Below, one piece after another: positions 13,483 to 26,070 of a stretch of 64,000 bases of DNA. The DNA lies in contig NW_025963791.1 in the NCBI RefSeq assembly GCF_023055435.1, positions 40,982,001 through 41,046,000 of the forward strand, read 5' to 3'. The DNA is from Haliotis rufescens. Lineage: Eukaryota. The position numbers and the translations under genes are program-made. Under the pieces are notes generated by a model that did not search any database, had not been told where the DNA came from, and worked only from the letters and a program-made list of their open reading frames with translations. Numbering within the stretch: position 1 is the stretch's first letter; the number at the start of each line of letters is the position of its first letter.

Positions 13483-14260
13483 ATTTATTGACAATAACAC
13501 CTAAACAGGGCCAAGCACTATGTAACTCACCTGGTTCAAACTGTATCTGTGGAAACATGGCAAAAACACTATATTGTCCAGCACATAGTTAAACCATCAC
13601 TCACTACTAAGTGGTACACGTCTAAGACCTGCATGACTTCGGATTTTCTTCCCCAGAGATTGACACGCCCTGGTAGAACTTATTTAAACTGTGCAAAGCA
13701 GTGTCAAATCCAGCTCACGAGATAACATCCGTGCAGCCACATCCCAGAAGCCTTTTAGGGTCATATTGTGTTTGGCACTAAAAGGCTTCCGTACACATGC
13801 CTTACCCTACAAATCTGTAAGCGATACTTATCATCATGGTTGCACTAAACGAAGCTCACGTAAAATATCCCACACACCACCACATATCTTCCGAATCTGA
13901 CTAAAACAGGTCAACGCACAGAACTGGCGTGTCTGGTTTAGTGACATTTTTACGCTCTTATTGATCAAAAGATACATTTGTACTTCATGGTATTGAAGAT
14001 GGTGTGTCCACCTCATCGTAACACAGACGCTGATACCAGCAGTAAGGGGCCTCGGGAGCCAAGGGTGCATCACTAAACTAGGGAACCCACAGCTGAACAC
14101 GCATCAGTAATCCAGGCACACATGTTCGCCCTGTTCATTGCAGCCATATCAAGTACTGTAAGAATGAAGAGAGGGGTCTACACTTGCTCAAGGCCCACTT
14201 TCCCTACAATCTACCAGGTTTGCCAAGTCCCCAGTCATCACCCAGTGGTCGTAAGATGTG
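13483..14260 (-). mobile_element. Possible highly decayed L1/Tx1-like LINE 3' end
   Basis: Broken coding-like sequence (ITDACxxCG, LVRFGRYVV) ending in a minus-strand AATAAA near 13483-13488. Confidence 0.3.
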
Positions 14261-14543
14261 ACTGTGGATAGGATGGTCAGGTTCATTTTATCAAGGACGT
14301 GATTGTCTGATCCAGACTTAGATATTTACAGGCCGACATCATATTTCTCGAATGTTACCAATTGCGGTGTTAAACAACAACAAAACAAAAAACCAATGAG
14401 CATAATATATAAATTATTGGCTGTTTGGAGATCTAAGGAGTAGTATAGGTAATGGTGATTCTGCCGCAACCCAACTGGAGCCAGATTTATATACCTATAC
14501 TGCTACTACAGAGGGATTTTTTTGGCAAATATGATGATGCGAT

Positions 14544-15190
14544 TCAACGATAGTCATGAGATTGAACTAAATTGTAAGGAAAATATTCTCTATTATTTTT
14601 ACTCATACGCATACCATTATTTTGAACAAAGTAATATTCAACATTTTTACTAAGTTCTTCCTTCATTTTACTAGGAGACCAGACTATATACTCATTTTCG
14701 AAATTGGAAAGAAACAATTGATGACCGTATTTAGGTGGTTTGACATCACTGATATAATATATACCCTGTGGTAATTATCGCCATTTGATAATTTTGTCCT
14801 GGAGCATAAATGTTGTTGACATTATTATATACTTATGTAAGCATTCGTCTAAATTATTGTAGTGTGATCCAACGTGATCATGCAATCTATTTTTAATCTC
14901 AAACCAGTTCTTTGGTTTTGGCACGGAATAATTGACGCGCTTGTTGCCTCCCCTGTTCTGTGAACTTTTTTTCTCGTCTTCGCTAATACCACTGGTCTTA
15001 CGAGAATTGGATCGAATCTCCTGCTTCATTGCGTTGTATTTGGTGAGTTCTGACAGCACTAAACGAGACTCATCCTCGGATATCTTACAATCAGCCAGTG
15101 CTGTTGAAATATGATCCCCAATGCTTCGGCGAGTATCCGAATATTATCATGTTTTAATGCTTTCTTTTGCAACTTACGAGAAATAAATGT
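14544..15190 (-). mobile_element. Polinton/Maverick-like (adintovirus-like) accessory ORF relics
   Basis: KKALKHDNIRILAE...IGDHISTALADCKISEDESRLVLSELTKYNAMKQEIR followed by a second intronless broken ORF (MSTTFMLQDKIIKWR*LPQG...VWSPSKM...YFVQNNGMRMSKNNREYFPYNLV). The family assignment is from memory of similar ORFs, not from a search. Confidence 0.5.
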
Positions 15191-15392
15191 TATCGCTATT
15201 CCCGCCAGTCCAGAGAACAACAAAAAAACAAATGAGCATAATATATAAATTATTGGGTGTTTGGAGATCTAAGCAGTTAACACAACACAACCCACCATGT
15301 TGTTTGGTGCTCCTGCCCAATACACTCTTACCTTGACAATTCCAGGGCAGTATAGATCCTGTGCACTACTCCTCTTTGAGCTGAATGAAATG

Positions 15393-15680
15393 TGAGTGAG
15401 TGAGTGAGTGAGTTGGGTTTAACGCCGTTTTTAACAGTATTCCAGTTATATCGCGGTGTGTCAGCTTAATGTTGGAGGAAAGCCCGAAGTGATGCAGGTC
15501 TCGGACGTTTACCACTTCGGGAAAAAACCCACGAGCACGGGTATGGTGCTGACAAACCTAGAAACATTATCGGGGCGAACCGGGATTCGAACCCACAATC
15601 ATAGGTTTCTGGCGTGCCCAAGGGACGCAACTCTGCACAGTGAATCGCGGCGCCTTAGACGACTGGGCCACCCGTGCCCC
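15393..15680 (-). mobile_element. tRNA-Leu-like SINE family C, full length
   Basis: Head GGGGCACGGGTGGCCCAGTCGTCTAAGGCGCC...GTGGGTTCGAATCCC and an (ACTC)n tail. Related pieces at 32350-32440, 33770-33996 and 34085-34135. Confidence 0.75.
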
Positions 15681-16300
15681 CGAATGAAATGTGGATTGGG
15701 TTGTAAGAATGTGTGCCCTGGTTGACATGCTGTCCCTGCCATGATTGTACATACAGACGGTGGAGATGTTGCTAGGATATTGCTGAAAGTGCCCTAAGTC
15801 CTCTAACCAGATTCTGCCAAGGTTGGTGAAATGGGGGTGAAAGATTATTACACATATATAGCGGCGTGCGTTCGTGGCTAGTCTGCGTCTGTGTGGATGA
15901 TTGTACAAGTCCGGACACATTCCTGTTTTAAACATTTTCCCGAGGCAAGCGTGTTAACTGACCGTAAAAGTCACAGAGATATCATGAAGCAGTTTAACAT
16001 GAATACCCCACTCAGACACCACCACCAGTCTTGTTTTATTCCCACTATGAAATCTGAGCAGAGATTTCTGGCATGGCCAAGGGATGAAACTTTGCACAAC
16101 GATTTCTGGTGCCTTATTTGTTTGTTGTTTAAGGCTGCACTCGGCAGCATTCCAGTTATATAACAGCAGTCTGTAAATAATCGAGTCTGGACCAGACAAT
16201 CCAGTGATTGACATCATGAGCATTGATCTATGTACTTGGGACCTCCTGACCCCCTGACCCTCTTAGTCGCTTTATATTACAAGCATGGGTTGCTGAAAAG

Positions 16301-16627
16301 GTAAGGTGAAACGGGGTCTATCGTGGCATCCTAGATTTTGGCATTGACATAGCCATGTATATGTAGGTGTCTCTTTTTTTCTGTCTCTCTCACGCCCCAG
16401 AATGATGCCGATTTATAGTGCTAGTCCATTGAGATACCATGCCACAGTCTAACATGAATACCCCATTCAGACACAGTATACTGACCACTCTTTGTTTTAG
16501 CCCCTTAATTCCAAGTGCCAGACAGGGTAACAACAAGTACCATCTTTTAACGTCTTTTGGTATGACACAGCCAAGTATCGAACCCGGACCTTCCGCTCCC
16601 CGGGCAGATGCTCTACCACTAGACCAG
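16301..16627 (-). mobile_element. tRNA-derived SINE family D with a Meta-domain-like core
   Basis: TGGTCTAGTGG...GGGTTCGATAC followed by GTCATACCAAAAGACGTTAAAAGATGGTACTTGTTG...; resembles the MetaSINE central domain as I recall it. Confidence 0.65.
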
Positions 16628-16734
16628 GGCCCACTTGCACAAGCGATCTTAGCGCTAAGATGATCGTAACTCCCATACTTTAACATAGGCTTACAATAGT
16701 CTTAGCGCTAAGATCGCTTTGTGCAAGTGGGCCC
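16627..16734. mobile_element. PIF/Harbinger-like palindromic MITE
   Basis: GGGCCCACTTGCACAAGCGATCTTAGCGCTAAG...CTTAGCGCTAAGATCGCTTTGTGCAAGTGGGCCC; decayed relatives at 38928-39015 and 59015-59117. Confidence 0.7.
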
Positions 16735-16936
16735 TGTTGCTGAAGAGCAATTCTAACCGGGATCTTCATTGGTCTGTGGTGCCTTAGATGTAGGAGGAAA
16801 TCCCAAAATGTTGAAGGTCAAAGACGGCAACAACGTTGATGAAACATCCAGTACAGATCTCTCCTACTCCACAAGGATACATGTATATTCACTTTCATAA
16901 CTGAACACAAACAACAAACTTACATATTTTCTTTTT

Positions 16937-19828
16937 TTTTATTTCAATTTTTGTAAATAATAATATTTCGGATTTAACAGCAGCCTACATAAACATCTGC
17001 CCAACAGGTGTTTAAACAGCACTATTGTGCAGACAGCATTTGGTAGTTTTCATGTTTTTCTTCTTTCTCCTAGTGGGACTAAGCAGTAGACACCTTAACA
17101 TGACAGAGTTACTTCCCCTTAAACATAAACATTTGTCATATTTTTGTAAAAGACATGTTGAGTTGTGAAATATACACGTATCTCTGTTTAAAAAATGAAT
17201 ACCAACATTATGAAATACAATATTTCAGCCATGTTATCTTTACATGCAGATTTATCAAAAAAGATTTCTACTCTCAAAGATACAAATGCTGAACATATAA
17301 AACACGTTTTTTGGAAGTTTTATGTTGAAGAACTTAGACTTTTTTACACCAACAAAATTCCAATTTATATCACATTGAAACAGCAACAAATAAAAACATT
17401 ACACATATATACACACACAAGCTGTCACATTAATAATTAATAAGAGAGTAACCCTATCAACACGACTAGAGAGTTGAAATAGCCCGAAGACATATTGTGA
17501 GGAATGACCAACTGAGCAGAAAAAGATGTTCTCACGATTTTCTGCTTTTATAAAAATAATCGGTGTGGTTTCAAATTACTGTTCTGGCAATTACCCGTTT
17601 TAAATCTTTCAAAACCTGTCAAATATACTGAATGGTTAGAATACAGTTTTGAACATTTGGAATGCAATTTCAGTAAAGTGACCATAACATGACCAATGGC
17701 GAAGACAATCATTAATGCCAATACTGTGATAAAGCTTTGTAACTGAAACCACAACTACTATTCTTAAAAAAATAATTTTTCAATGTTCATAGCATATGAT
17801 TCCACTGTGATAAACAAATTAAGTAACTGAAATGACATTTTGATTTGAGAAGAGTTTCATAGGTGCAAACTCAACTGCATATATCACGAAAACATTGCAA
17901 TTTTTTCCTGTAGGATTCATCGACGTTTACCATATCAACACACACAAACAGTACAGAGTACAAACCCTACAGGTGTAGCACAAACTGCGGCAGTTTCTCG
18001 AAAAACAAGTGACGTAATGATTCACTGGAGTATCCTAATACATTGTGCCACAATCCATACATCAAGTAACTAAAAATGCAGAATAGTATTATCCGAACAG
18101 TTTTTTCTTATTCAGCCCCTCCAAAAAACAAACAAGCCTTAAATATATGCAACAACAAAAATCTATGCATATTGAGGTTCCAAGTATACTTTCACTATTC
18201 TTCTATCAAATATTTTGAGCCTCTAAATGTTCCTTTTTTTTATGCTGTCATCTTCGATGTGCCAGTACATGGTCATGAGTTCAGTGCATAGCAGCACATG
18301 TTTCATGATGTAAGCATTGTGGTGCACAGGGGGATCGAGGCTCAGCCCCATTACCTCCAGCACTGGAGAAGAGAGCGTCTAGTTCCTCTAGTTGCATATT
18401 CACTGTCATGAATGTATACCGGTATCAAATCGTAACATTTAAAGGGAGGCAACAACACAGACATCACACAGAACACAGTAGAGTTCAGAACAAAGTAATA
18501 CTTGCTTAAGATTTGGAAAGCACAGCCATGAGACTTACCCGAGACAGTAGTACGTAATAAACAGAGTATTATGACAATGAGCCATCGTGTGATGGTTGGG
18601 TCTCATTACCAATGTTCGTCATGAGGAACCAGCCATTTATTATAAGGGGAGTCGCCATGGTGAAGGGCAAGAAAGAAAAGGGCAAGAAAGAAAAGAACAA
18701 TAATCTGCATCACCCCAAATTTGACCAAATTGGGGAATCATGTTATCACAGTGACCAAAGCTCCTATCCCCACCTAAAATAAATGACTTGTCCTTAATAA
18801 GGGATATGAACCTGTAAATGACACATAGCCTAATGTTGATATTGACCGTATCTATATCATTGAAAACATGTTAGGTCATCCCCTTTTGTTACAAAATAGA
18901 TATACTACTCAACAGAAGTTATAAAACATATTCCCCTTCCACTATAGTGAATCTGTCATGAATAGTGGTCATTTCAACACACAGCCTTCCAAATGTTTTG
19001 AGTAGAATATATGACTTGCCTGTGCCCCTCTGAACACTGTTTTGATGAGAACGGACATATTTTTATCATATTCATGTCGCTGAAATGTTAACTAAAGTTC
19101 TTATTGCATTGGTTACTGATAAAGACAAATCTAGTTTAGATTTTGGCCACATTCATTGTCAATAATTCACCAGTTTTATTATTGCTGAAGAAATGCAATT
19201 CTATCACTTCCAGAAAGAAATGCTTCACTGATAAAGGCAATAGTTTCAATGAACAAATCTGCCTCATAGTTAGATTGAGAAACAAGAGGTCCCATAGTAA
19301 TGCTTAATAAACGAACCCTTAGATAGTTAGGCATAAGAAACAAGAGTAATCCACAGTTAGGTAACTAGAGTGTCCCATAGTTAGGCATTGAGCACTTTGA
19401 GATGGAGATAAAACTGAAAACAGGTAAATAACTAAAAGATAAACAAGTAACACAAGTTGCATCTTTGATACAAGGTTCACACAGTAACCATGGCATCAAA
19501 AGAAACCAGAGTAATGCCGCTGTCATACATACTATATGTATGTTAGCACTGGAAAATGTTAAAAACATATAAATGTTAAGATAATTAATATCTGTCAAAA
19601 TGTCACATTCATTCTCTCCTGGGTAACCGCAGCAACAGATATTTCACTGGCTGAAAATATCTGGACCTTCACTTTCCTTTTCAGCTGTGTGATTTTATAA
19701 AAGTACTTGGAGAAAGTTATTGAAACTCGTTGGTGTTTCAATCCTGTCCATCGGGACTGCCAAGGTCCACCAGTCAATACTGGCAGGCAGTTGTTGGGGA
19801 AATGAAATGAAAGGCATTGTGGGTAATT
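16937..19828 (-). other. Putative long 3' UTR of 4E-BP
   Basis: About 2.9 kb of unique, SINE-free sequence follows the stop codon and ends at a minus-strand AATAAA (plus-strand tttatt near 16938-16943). Confidence 0.45.
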
Positions 19829-22800
19829 CTAGATATCCATCTCAAACTGAGGCTGTTCTTCAGGGTGGTCTGAAAAACAAAATAAAACTATCATAGAATT
19901 TGTTTGTTTGTTTGTTTTTTAACGCCACACTCAGCGATATTCCAGCTACATGGCGGTGGTCTGTAAATATCGAGTCTGGACCAGACAATTCAGTGATTGA
20001 CATCATGAGCATCGATCCACGCATTTGGGATACGATGACATGCATCAACCAAGTCAGCAAGTCTGACCACCCGATCCCGTTAGTCGCCTCTTACGGCAAG
20101 CATGGGTTGCTGAAGAGCTATTCTACTGTTGATCTTCACGGGTCCCAGCTATGGCTGATACACATGATAAATGTAAACCTTGATCCAAGTAACATGTTGC
20201 TGATTCAAGTACAAAGCCTATTATTATTATCCTAGTCTTATTAAACTGGCATATCTGATCATCAGATCACCTACAAACTGTCCTTGTCAACCAGTTGAGT
20301 TTATCATACATTTGACCAACACTCATGATCATCAGGTTCGTTATGGAACAGGTTCGTTATGGAACAGGTGCTGGGCTGCACCAACACTGGTATTTGATAT
20401 CAAAGTGTGATAACACGAAAGAAAACATTGTTGTTCTTTGCAAAAAAACAATAGAAGATAAATTACAAGGGTAAACCAGCCACAGCATCAATATACAAAC
20501 TTTGGCATCTTCAATGCACCACGTGATCTAACACGTCGAAACATCTACACTCTCTACACTAGAAGGTCAAACCTACCAGATTTTTCTTTTTCCTCGGGTA
20601 TTTTACGACCATTTTCTTTTGCCACTTCTATCTCCCCTGGTGCAGTGATTCCAGGAATCTTAGCCATGATTGGAGGGCTTTTTGTTAATGGGGAATTCCG
20701 ACATTCCAGTAAGAAAGACCGATCATAAATTAATCTTGTACCTGGAACATCACAGAAATCATATATAACATACAGCGACTGAATATGAGCAAGATGTTTT
20801 GTTTTGTTTCTTGATGAACATAACACACAGCTACATTCCAGCTGTATGATGGTGGTCTGTACATGATGAAGTCTGGACCAGACAAGGGGCGGTCGGGTAG
20901 CCTAGTGGTTAAAGCGGTAGCTTGTCACCCCGGGGACCCGGGTTCCCCTGACATGGGTACAGTGTGTGAAGCCCATTTCTGGTGTCCCCTGCTGTGATAT
21001 TGCTGAAATATTGCTAAAAGTGGCGTAAAACCAAACTCACTCACTGGACCAGACAATCCAAGGACAGATTCATGAGCATCAATCCACATAATTGGGATAC
21101 GATGACATGCATCAACCAAGTCAGCGAGTCTCACCACCCGATCCTGTGAGTCTCTTCTTACAACAAGCAGTCGCCTTTAGCAACAAACAAGGGTGGCTGA
21201 AGAACGATTCTCACCTGGATCTTCAGATTATGAGCAAATTGAAGAGAACATAAACACTGTTTATTACATCTACTGACAAGGAAAATCATGCTGTCCGTCT
21301 GCCTGGGGTTTTTTTAACACCACACTCAGCAATATTCCAGCTATATAATGTATAAGGTTATGACATGCAAATAATCACGTCTGATCCAGTGCTTGATATT
21401 GTGAGGAAGGATCCATTGGTGTACAGCAACACACAAGACACATAGCTTTATCACTACCACTGCCATGGGGCACATTAGAATATGGTTTGTTCATACAGAA
21501 GTGAATAACATGGACGTTAATGTTGACTACAAAAAAGTGAGTCCTATATATCCTTAGTAAGAGATAAACACTGGGGTGGCTTTTTGTCATGAGAAAATCT
21601 TATTTTCAAACTCAGTCTTGATAAGTCTCTTAAATAAGCTTGCAAAGTTTCACTTAAGAAACTTCAGTAGTTTCTGAGAAACTTTCCCGATTGCAGACAC
21701 CATGCAGTATATATATAAAAAATACCATGGATCAAGGGCCATAACTGTGCATGCAAAAAATCTAAAAACATGCAGCAAGAGATGTAATTCTGGATGAACA
21801 TAATTACGACACCAGTTTTCGAACTCAGTCTTGATAAGTATCTCTTAGAAAAGCATGCTAACTTTCATTTATGTAACTTCAGTAGTTTCAGTGGCCAGTT
21901 ACAGAGCGTAAAATATAATTTCTCCAACTTAAATTGTTTCTGAGAAGCAGAAGTACAACCAGATGGACAGACTGCGTTCCTATGTGTGGCGAATAATATA
22001 ATATATGCTACAGAAATAATACAAACTTAATGTAAAATAGGGGGCGGTTGGGTAGCCTAGTGGTTAACGCGTTCGCTTGTCACACCGAAAATCCGGGTTC
22101 GATTCCCGACATGGGTACAATGTGTGAAGCCCATTTCCGGTGTCCCCCGCCTTGATATTGCTGGAATATTGCTAAAAGCGGCGTAGAACCTCACTCACTA
22201 ACTAATGTACTATGGATGTTTGAATCATAATTTATCAAATGGATTGTATGTAGTCCATGGCTACTGCAAACATCTTATAAAGAGAGCACAGCCTTCTCAG
22301 AAGTAAATGCCTTTACTGCGATATGTGTTACTGTAAAGCTACTAAACATAATCTACAATAAGCCATATCAGCATTTATTTAATCCAAGTTAGCCGAACAG
22401 CCCAAACAACTTAATGTGTGTCACATAGAACAAAGAAATTCTTGAGGCACACAATTATGGATACATTGCAAGTGATTCTGTGGCATTTGATTGGCTCACC
22501 AAGCAAATTCTTGTCTTTTTAGATCTTCATAAACAAACAAAAAAGGCCTTGCCCACTAACAAAGTACTGTTTTCTGATTGGCTGATAATAGAATGGGTGG
22601 GGCTTCTGTTGAATTGCGCTGAATGATGTCACTATTTGGATAGTTTTCGGATATTCATCTACAGTTAGTTGTGTGGCAATCATTGAAAAAGCAATCTGAG
22701 AAGTTGTTATTGTTGACACATTTATTGATAAGAATTGATTCAAAATGTTTTTGTGTTTATGGCGTTATAACATAACAACTGGTGTGCACACGCCTAAATC

Positions 22801-25687
22801 CAGTAAGCATATATACACAGTGAACACACCAGCTTTACACTTGAAACAAGTGGAAAATATACTGAAGTCAATTCATGAAAATATGTTTTTCAGCTGACCC
22901 AGGCTAATTGGTTAGCAAATATTTGCAAACGATAAGAAAAATAAGTCACCTAAACGAGGTCTTATGGCAATCTTGTTTCTTAAGCATGTGACAATGATAA
23001 CAAAAACAGGTGTGAAGCAATCAGCTGACTTCTTGACAGGTGAGTAACTGACAGATGGTCAACATCCAACTGTCAGGCTAAGATTTACGTTGAAATGCAT
23101 TTCATCAAGCTGCCAGTGTTGAATACAGTACCTCTGTGTAGCAAGACAAATGGTAAACGTCATATTAAAGTGGCTATTTACATCCATATATACAGGACAC
23201 ATTCAACAGCGGATGTATGCTAGAAACAAGTACATAACCATCACAGGACAGAGGGTATTCTATAACAATGAACACATGCTATTGTTTCAGTTTCTTGAAT
23301 AAACATAGGACATACAGTCTGGTAGTGCATGAGTGAGTGGAGATAAACATTGTTTGTTGTCACAGTGACATACTGAGTAGGTGTCATGCAGAGTTTAGGA
23401 GAAAAATGACTTCAACATCTTGTGTGTGTTTATGGAGTCATAAATGTAAAGCATGTTTATCGGTTTTTTTACGTTTATAACTCCATAAACAGAACAACAT
23501 ATTGACATCTAAATGTCAACAAGAATAACTTCACTGACTGCTTACTTAATCATTAACACAAAAACACTGTAATAAATAAGATATCAGTGACATTGTTCAG
23601 CGCAATAATGCAAAAAAACCACACTCCATTCCATTATCAGCCAATCAGGAAACAGAAGTCAATTTGGTGTGAGTGCTTCATAAACCAATCAAAAGTCACA
23701 GAGTCACTTACAACATATCTATAAACAACTGTGATACAATAATGGACACAGGACACATTTACACCATGTTATACATACTTATATATTTATTATATATCTA
23801 ATGTATGCCATATGTTAAATATGTTCAGTGTTGCCAACAGTGCTTGGGAAATATGTAATATTATTACCTGTTAAAAAATAGACATGACAGATTTATTGTT
23901 TACTGATAAACCCTTATCTACCATGCCTTAGGTGTGATACAAATATATAACACAAACAGTGCTATCTATGTTCACTACCATATTTGACCTAACATGAGCC
24001 AAATTTTGAGGACAAGAAAAAAGATTCTATAGAAAGGGGTCGGCTGATGTACGGGTTGTAGTTCCTAACTGTGTTGATAACTGCATTCAATTCAGATATA
24101 ATTGAAATAATTCAGAAATTCATAATCTTATTTCATTTACGGTAGTGTGACTTGGTGAATCTTAAAACTCAAGTGAAATAATGCCTAAGGATGTCTACGT
24201 TCACATATTAGGCAATGCAAGAATTGTCTGTGTTCTTTCAAACAAGCAAATTTGACCAGTCTCCACTCCCAAGTTTGATAATTAATGCATGGCGATGAAA
24301 GCCACAATCAGTATTGAAAATGGACATATCTTTTAATTAAATTTCACTGAATTCCTGATTTCCACTTGCAGCAAAAGCAGAGAAAACACCTCTACGAGTG
24401 TCCTTCATAACAAATATAATCATACACTCACCAAGACTTGCCACCAACCAACAAACTTGGTGACCCCATTTTAGAGGATAGTGACCTAGTTCTGCTGCTG
24501 CAGAGTATATACATGGTATAGTATCTGTAAGTACTATCGGCCTTAACTGACTGAAGCTCAATACACAAAGACAGGTGTCACATGATAAAATAAGGTCATA
24601 ATATTTGTTTTACAAATTTAGATCCATAGCCATATCTGAATGTTCAGTAATACTTCCTCAATGAAATATTTATGAGGCGAGACATAAATAAAACATCCTA
24701 TCAAAACCTATAGCTAAATTTGCAACATTTAATGAAATAGTGTTTTATCACTCCTATAAAATAGTTTATAGTAAGACAAACTTAGATAAAAATGAAATAT
24801 GACACAAATTGAACACTTTGCATATTTAGCATTCTTGAAAAAAAAAGGTACTTTATTTCTTTCGTAACAGGAATGTAACTAAATACAGTCAATACACTGC
24901 TCATTTATTGAGATGAGTACCAGTGTCAGTGCATCACAAACAGGAGCCATCTGCCACGGGCCTATCGTTAGTCACAATAATACATCGTGCTTCCAGTGCC
25001 AAGGTCATGTTAGTGCTGATGTAAACAAATCGTTTTTGGGTCAGGAATCGTTAAAAAAACATCATTGACAACATAAACAGAAGCATGCCGACTTATAACG
25101 ATTCCCAAATGCCGTCACAGGTGACTTGAAAAATCTGAAAAAATTCATAATTAAAGCGCATGAACGTTTACCATATAACTTACCTTCGCACAAAGAATGT
25201 ATATTTATTTACCAATGCAGGCGATTAATAATGCGACCAACTACACCGAAACGTTGCGGACGGAGTTAGATTAGATAATTTGCATTTGAAATATATAAAT
25301 ATATATCTAACAGATGGCATGACAAGCCTCAAAACCAAGCAACGATGCAACATCTGATAAGCTCTTTTCACACAAAAGTCACATGGCATGATGATCCGCC
25401 ATCTTGAATGATCTGAAGTAAACAAGGGTGGGATGAACGCACGGTGGCTATGCATGTGCAGTTATATAACCGACCATATAAAAATGCATTGAATATTCGT
25501 CGCTACATTTTCTTCATTATCTATTAATGCACAAATAAGCAAACTGACCCCCGGGGGTAGTGGAGAACAGCGTCCCCCCTGGTGTTGTACTGTAATCTCC
25601 TGGTAACTGTTCTAAGTTGTTGAGAACGACTCTGCGGCTGGGAATCTCTCGTCCGCGAGGGGAGCTTGTTGTTCCTTGCAATGACAT
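19829..25687 (-). CDS. EIF4EBP: eIF4E-binding protein (4E-BP/Thor family), join(25687-25549, 20741-20577, 19869-19829), 114 aa
   Basis: Spliced translation [47 protein letters not shown]|[35 protein letters not shown]...KS|[13 protein letters not shown]. Contains the TTPGG phosphosites, the YxxxxLL eIF4E-binding motif, the IPGIT secondary site and the C-terminal TOS motif FEMDI. Introns are GT-AG, phases 1/1, total 345 nt. Confidence 0.97.
19900..20142 (-). mobile_element. Family B copy, full length (4E-BP intron 2)
   Basis: Reverse complement of the family consensus, starting CCCGTGAAGATC. Confidence 0.88.
20825..21225 (-). mobile_element. Family B copy (4E-BP intron 1), host of a SINE A insertion
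   Basis: Family B sequence continues on both sides of 20886-21043. Confidence 0.8.
20886..21043 (+). mobile_element. SINE family A copy nested in a family B element
   Basis: 13-bp TSD CTGGACCAGACAA (20873-20885 and 21044-21056). Confidence 0.9.
22040..22200 (+). mobile_element. SINE family A copy (4E-BP intron 1)
   Basis: Near-identical to the 10087 element. Confidence 0.9.
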
Positions 25688-25721
25688 CTAGAATTGTTGA
25701 CGGACGAAGTTTCCTGAGAAT

Positions 25722-26070
25722 TATGATAGCGCACTCGACTGTCCCTGCATATAACTCCGCCTATCTTTAGAACACACACACGCTGACGCTCGCCTCTCGA
25801 CTCGCTCGCACACCACAAACAGGCACTGACTCAAGTCAGTCACATGGCCACAACCGCTCATTAGCATTTGATAAAAACAGGTCATTCGCTCCATATGTGT
25901 GGCCTCCGTCTGATTATATAGCACTGAGGAGATCTAAAATATGCATTACAAGTCTAAATGTGTCACTTACGGGCCTCGGGAAGCTTTGTTTATTATTGTT
26001 TGGGTAGCAAGGTAAAAAGTAAACATTGTAAAGGGAGACGACTCTGAGGGGAAGTCCCACATTACGTCAG
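25722..26070 (-). promoter_or_regulatory. 4E-BP core/proximal promoter
   Basis: Inr-like TCATA (25726-25722), TATA-like TTATATG (25754-25748, about -29), GC box (25755-25761), AP-1 TGACTCA (25827-25833), FOX site GTAAACA (26019-26025), kB site GGGAAGTCCC (26049-26058), ATF/CEBP-type ATTACGTCA (26061-26069). Confidence 0.5.

Larger units (their letters stand above)
16117..16775 (-). mobile_element. Family B copy interrupted by a nested Meta-type SINE and a MITE
   Basis: 3' part 16117-16300 and 5' head 16736-16775; duplicated GTTGCTGAARAG at both insertion edges. Confidence 0.75.
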
